Shown piece by piece: positions 59,863-64,000 of a stretch of 64,000 nucleotides of DNA (positions within the stretch are counted from its first letter, which is position 1; each line of letters starts with the position of its first letter). The notes beneath the pieces are model-generated. The model worked only from the letters and a program-made list of their open reading frames with translations, searched no databases and was not told where the DNA came from. A program made the position numbers and the translations under genes. This DNA comes from Myxococcota bacterium (lineage in GTDB: Bacteria > Myxococcota_A > UBA9160 > SMWR01). The stretch covers positions 38,827-102,826 of the forward strand of contig JASMKC010000029.1 of the NCBI GenBank assembly GCA_030749415.1, in the 5' to 3' direction.

Positions 59863-62800
59863 CTAGCGCTTCCACCAGAAACGGTGGAAGCGGTCACAGC
59901 CGAGTGGGCCGAAGTCGTCGCCCGGAATGCGGGTGCCTTCGGGCAGGTCGACGGGCTCCTGCCCGCGGAAGCGTTGGTCTGCGACGCCGTCGTGGTCGGC
60001 GTCCTCGTCCTGGTGGGTTGGCTGCCCGCTGGCGTCGTAGTAGATCGCGGCGTTCGGTTTGCGATTTTCGTTCGTATCGACCTCGAGCCGGACGATCGCG
60101 CCACCCTCGTACACGATCCGCTGATCCGCCACGCCGTTTCCGGTCGTGTCCGTCAGGACCTCCACGACAGTCCCATTCGCATCGACGTTGGCTCGTGTAT
60201 TCAGTCGCTTGCCGTCCTCGGACAGAGTGCATTGGGCCTCCACCACTCCGCCAGGGCCGAGCAGGAACTTCTTGTCGGGCTCGCTGCCGCTGCTCGCCAC
60301 CTCTTGGGCTGTCGCGTTTCCGGCTGCGTCGTAGTGGATCAGTGTGTTGGGACGGCCATTCCCGCTCGTGTCCTGACCCTGGCGCAGGATCACGCCATTC
60401 TCGAGGTACGTCCAGAGATCCGTCTTGCAGTTGCCGGTGGTGTCCTGGTAGCGGGCACGGACTTTTTCGTTGGCGTCGTACCACTCCTTCAGATCGGCGC
60501 AGCCGGCTCCCTTCGTGTCCTGTTCCAGACGAACGGGTTTCTCGTTTTCGAACCAGACTTTGAAATCGGGTTTTCCGTCTCCGGATCGGTCCTCGCGTCG
60601 ATCGAGCACCGTTCCGGCAGAATCGAGTACGATCCAGACGTCCGTCGTGCCGTCGCCGTTCGTATCCGCTTCCTGGGTCGAACGGCCGCCTTTCCCGCTC
60701 CGGCTCCGGAGATCCACCGTGCCGTCGAAATTCGAGTCCTGCTCCTGTCGCACGACGGTCTCGCCCTCGTACCAGGCGATGAGGTCGGCCTTGCCGTCCG
60801 CGTTGCGGTCCTTCTCGGTTCGCACCTTCCGGCCGGCTTCCAGATAGGTCACCGTCTCGAGCATTCCGTCCCGGTCGCTGTCTTCATCGATCTGGGTCGC
60901 GCGCTCCTCGGCGTCGAAAAGCGTGATGACGTCGATGCGTCCATCGAAATCCAGGTCCTCTTCCTGCCGCGACTTCTTGCCGCCGGTATAGGTGACGCTG
61001 AGATCCGATTTCCCATCGCCGTCCATGTCGGCGCTAGAACTCTGGGCCTGGCCATCGGAGAAGGCTGTCACCAGTTCGAAGCGGCCGTCAGCGTCCTCGT
61101 CGCTCTCCTCGCGTACGAGCACACCCGCCTCGTAGACCTTCACGAGGTCGGGCTTCTGGTCCGCGTTCTCGTCGAGCTCCTCCCGGGCGGGGCGTTCCTC
61201 GGCATCGAAGCGCACCACGACATCGGGCTTGCCGTCGCCGGTGGTGTCGCGTGTCTGCACGGCCTGCAGGCCGTCTTCGAATTCGATCACTGAGTCGTAT
61301 TGGCCGTCCCCGGTAGTGTCCTGTTGCTGCTTCACCCGCTCGTTGTCATCGAACGTGGTGATCACGTCGAACTTCCCGTCGCCTCGGGTGTCGCGCTCCT
61401 CCTTGGTCTTCTGGGCGCCGGCGTAGCTGGTGCGGACGTCGAACTTCCCGTCGCCGGTGGTGTCGCGTGCTTCTCGGGTGGTTTGCCCCGAAGGGTCGAG
61501 CTCGCCGCGCAGGTCGATGCGGCCGTCGAAATTGGTGTCCTCCTGGAACCGGTTCGCCACGCCGCCCTCGAAGTGGACGGTCCGATCCGGTTTCTCGTCT
61601 CCGTCGCGGTCCTCTTCGAGCTTCAGGGTCTCGCCGTTCGGGGCGTTGCTCTGCCATTCGTCGGGCTTTCCGTTTCCGTCCCGGTCCCGCCGGATGGTGC
61701 GCTCCTTTCCCGTCTCCGCATCGAGTGTTACCCAGGTGTCGACTGCGCCGTTGGAGTCCGAATCCTGTTCCTGGCTCGTCAAGGTGCCGTCCGCCGCGTA
61801 GTGGTTCCAGAGGTCGATCGAACCGTCGCCGCTTTCGTCGAGTTCCATCCGGGTGAGCTTGCCCGTTTCGAAGTGCTCGATCTGCGCCGCCTTGCCCGAT
61901 TTGCGTGAGATCGTGGTCCGGCGCTGGAGGCTGCCTCCGGCGTGGGCGTTGGCGATCTCGAAGTGCCCGTTCTTGTCCTCGTCGAGCTCTTCGAAGACGA
62001 GCGTGCCCTCGGAATCGAAGCGGTAGCGGGCGTCGGCCTTGCCGTCTCCATCCCGGTCCTCTTCCTGGCTGACTTTCGTTCCGTCCTGGTACTGGATCGT
62101 CGTGTCCTTGCTGCCGTCCAGGTTCGTGTCCGCTTCTCGAACCAGGGGATGCTCGCCGTCGTAACGCGTGACTACGTCCGACTTGCCATCGGCATTCTGG
62201 TCCTCCTCTTCTCGCACGCGGCGGCCGTCCGCGAAGAAGCGCACCAGGTCGGTCTTGCCGTCCTTTTTCGTGTCGAGCTCCTCGCGCTGCTTCGCGCCGG
62301 AGGCGTCGAGGTAGATGATCAGATCGACCATTCCGTCCGCGTCGGCGTCCTGGGTCTGGCGGCGCTCGGCACCGTCTTCGTAGTAGGCAACCGAATCGAA
62401 GCGCCCGTCAGCGGTGGTATCGGCTTCTTTCCGGTCGATGGTTCCGTTGCGGTAATGAGTGACGACATCGGGTTTCCCCGTACCCGTGGTGTCCTCTTCG
62501 ACGCGAACCTTGGCGCCGTTTTCGTAGTGGATCGCCACGTCGTACGCGCCGTCCTGCTTCGTGTCCTGCTTCTCCACTGTCTTGGCACCGCTCGCGTCGA
62601 ACTCGGCCCGGGTGTCCGGCTTGCCGTCTGCGTCGGTGTCGTCTTCCACGATGGAGACCTCGCCTTCGCGGTAGGTGACCCAGCGGTCGTCCTTCCCATC
62701 GAGGTTCGTGTCTTCTTCGAGGCGTGCGGCAATGCCGCCGTCGTAGTAGAGCTTCGAGTCGGGCTTTCCATCTGCGTTCCGGTCGTCCAGCTGGGAGGCG

Positions 62801-63156
62801 GGCTTGCCTTCCCGGTACTGGACCCAGCGGTCCTTGTTCCCGTCGCCGTCGATGTCGAATTCCTGGCGGCCGATCGTGGTGCCGTCTTTCTCGTAGAAAG
62901 TCCAGGTGTCGGCACGTCCATCGTGGTTGCTGTCGATGGCGGCGCGTTCGGGCTTGCCTTCGACGTAGTAGACGAATTGGTCGTGCTTGCAATCCTTGTT
63001 CGAGTCGAGGCGCTTTTCGGCGAGGTTCTCGAGCTCGTCGTACAGGAGCTCGACGGCGGGGCACCGCTGCTGCGCCTGCGCGGTGGCGGCGGCGAAGGAG
63101 AACGCGAAGACGGTGAAGAGTGCGTTAGCCCGCAAGCGGATTCGTAAACGTCGCAA
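59863..63156 (-). CDS. large secreted acidic repeat protein (~42 x 24-25 aa, DxDxDG loops)
   Basis: Signal peptide (..FAFSFAAATAQA), then repeats R.E.D.[ND].DG..D....[YF]..G; start uncertain (TTG 63156 or 63135). Confidence 0.85.
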   Translation of the reverse strand: MRRLRIRLRANALFTVFAFSFAAATAQAQQRCPAVELLYDELENLAEKRLDSNKDCKHDQFVYYVEGKPERAAIDSNHDGRADTWTFYEKDGTTIGRQEFDIDGDGNKDRWVQYREGKPASQLDDRNADGKPDSKLYYDGGIAARLEEDTNLDGKDDRWVTYREGEVSIVEDDTDADGKPDTRAEFDASGAKTVEKQDTKQDGAYDVAIHYENGAKVRVEEDTTGTGKPDVVTHYRNGTIDRKEADTTADGRFDSVAYYEDGAERRQTQDADADGMVDLIIYLDASGAKQREELDTKKDGKTDLVRFFADGRRVREEEDQNADGKSDVVTRYDGEHPLVREADTNLDGSKDTTIQYQDGTKVSQEEDRDGDGKADARYRFDSEGTLVFEELDEDKNGHFEIANAHAGGSLQRRTTISRKSGKAAQIEHFETGKLTRMELDESGDGSIDLWNHYAADGTLTSQEQDSDSNGAVDTWVTLDAETGKERTIRRDRDGNGKPDEWQSNAPNGETLKLEEDRDGDEKPDRTVHFEGGVANRFQEDTNFDGRIDLRGELDPSGQTTREARDTTGDGKFDVRTSYAGAQKTKEERDTRGDGKFDVITTFDDNERVKQQQDTTGDGQYDSVIEFEDGLQAVQTRDTTGDGKPDVVVRFDAEERPAREELDENADQKPDLVKVYEAGVLVREESDEDADGRFELVTAFSDGQAQSSSADMDGDGKSDLSVTYTGGKKSRQEEDLDFDGRIDVITLFDAEERATQIDEDSDRDGMLETVTYLEAGRKVRTEKDRNADGKADLIAWYEGETVVRQEQDSNFDGTVDLRSRSGKGGRSTQEADTNGDGTTDVWIVLDSAGTVLDRREDRSGDGKPDFKVWFENEKPVRLEQDTKGAGCADLKEWYDANEKVRARYQDTTGNCKTDLWTYLENGVILRQGQDTSGNGRPNTLIHYDAAGNATAQEVASSGSEPDKKFLLGPGGVVEAQCTLSEDGKRLNTRANVDANGTVVEVLTDTTGNGVADQRIVYEGGAIVRLEVDTNENRKPNAAIYYDASGQPTHQDEDADHDGVADQRFRGQEPVDLPEGTRIPGDDFGPLGCDRFHRFWWKR

Positions 63157-64000
63157 CGATTGGCATATGCGCCAGGCAGCGCACGCCGTCCGGCATGGGA
63201 GGGAAGGGGGCGGCAGAGCGGACCGCATCGACCGCGCTGGCTCCGAGGGCGTTGCTGCTCGCATCGACCAGGGACACGTCGATAGCCGACCCGGTGTGGT
63301 CGAGCCGGAAGCGCAGTGTGACTTCCTGGTCGGGATCGACGCCCGGGGGCAGGATCCAGCGGTCGTAGGTCTTCTCCTCTACCCCGCTCAGATAGCGCAT
63401 GACTTCGGGCTTTCCCATGCACTGGCGATTCGTGATGCCCGAGGCGCCTCGGCCCGTGCCGTCGCCGCCGGCGCCGCCGAGCAGGCCGTCGCCGACGGTC
63501 GTGTTGATGTTGACTACGGGCGCTCCGGTCGGAGTGCCCACCACGTCGCGGCCGGTGATGCGGCCCTCGCGCACCGAGGATCCTGTGCCCCCGACGTCGA
63601 GCTTGCCCGTGCCGAAGCTCCTGTTGGCGGAGGTTGTCGTTACCTGGCGCGGGCCCACCGAGGGGCCGGCCGGCGCGGCAATCTTGATCGGGCCGCGCAC
63701 CGCGGGTCCTCCGACGCCGCGAATGTCGACCGTGGAAGCGCGGGCCTGGATCGGAGAGTGCACTGCGGAGACCCGTTCGACCACCGGAGCGGAGCTGCGG
63801 CTGATCTCGGTGGGCGCGCGGATGGTGGCGACCGCGTCCATTTCGAGGGCTTCGGCCCGAACCACGGGCGAGGCGTCGGAGATGATGTGGGGGTTCACGA
63901 TCTGGGGCGCCACCGCCTGCACCTGGGGCGCAAAATTCGGGAGTGCGCGCTCGGCCAGGGCCATCGGGGCCGGCCGGGCGGTCTCGGGCTCGTCGCGAAT
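63125..64000 (-). CDS. TonB/TolA C-terminal domain protein (5' end outside window)
   Basis: Pro/Ala/Gly-rich linker, then W.LP..EVTLRFRLD..G..V.....S......SAVDAVRSAAPFPPMP; frame open to the right edge. Confidence 0.8.
   Translation of the reverse strand: MRDEPETARPAPMALAERALPNFAPQVQAVAPQIVNPHIISDASPVVRAEALEMDAVATIRAPTEISRSSAPVVERVSAVHSPIQARASTVDIRGVGGPAVRGPIKIAAPAGPSVGPRQVTTTSANRSFGTGKLDVGGTGSSVREGRITGRDVVGTPTGAPVVNINTTVGDGLLGGAGGDGTGRGASGITNRQCMGKPEVMRYLSGVEEKTYDRWILPPGVDPDQEVTLRFRLDHTGSAIDVSLVDASSNALGASAVDAVRSAAPFPPMPDGVRCLAHMPIVATFTNPLAG

Noticed and set aside
59863-63156. Periodic DNA resembling a CRISPR array or RHS toxin
   Set aside because: The repeats are degenerate, in-frame protein repeats with no identical repeat-spacer structure or cas genes; no RHS core PxxxxDPxG or toxin tip.

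Overview
High-GC, densely coding bacterial chromosomal window with about 57 genes. It is from a diderm (LptF, an OM beta-barrel, YdbH-YnbE-YdbL, a TonB-like protein), and the gene mix suggests a Myxococcota/deltaproteobacterial lineage (inference only). I saw no rRNA, tRNA, CRISPR array, integrase or transposase. Main content: (i) a PsrA-like TetR with an RND efflux pair, and an octaheme TPR cytochrome; (ii) many lipid/steroid-type catabolic and storage genes (SDRs, SnoaL/NTF2 proteins, DUF1214, amidase, two WS/DGATs, alkyl sulfatase, F420-type LLM, ECH, HADH); (iii) a dispersed envelope-modification set: three paralogous ~775-aa LtaS-like membrane proteins with an altered metal site and a shared unassigned C-terminal domain, a LAB_N-Gfo/Idh-DegT-GT2 amino-sugar operon, two ArnT-like GT-C enzymes, a Thr-type sulfatase-fold lipoprotein, an ASST-like propeller and a lone lptF; (iv) housekeeping genes (gpmI, a YchF-like protein, a tRNA nucleotidyltransferase lacking the flexible loop); (v) a right-end minus-strand block: TonB-like protein, a ~42-repeat DxDxDG beta-hairpin protein, then three regulators (stand-alone Fis-type HTH, a PII protein lacking Tyr51/Lys58/Gly35/Gly37/Arg101, and a pseudo-receiver sigma54 activator), each preceded by its own -24/-12 sigma54 promoter match. 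Blocks (v) and (iii) are the best candidates for undescribed systems. All family calls come from motif recognition by eye, not database searches.
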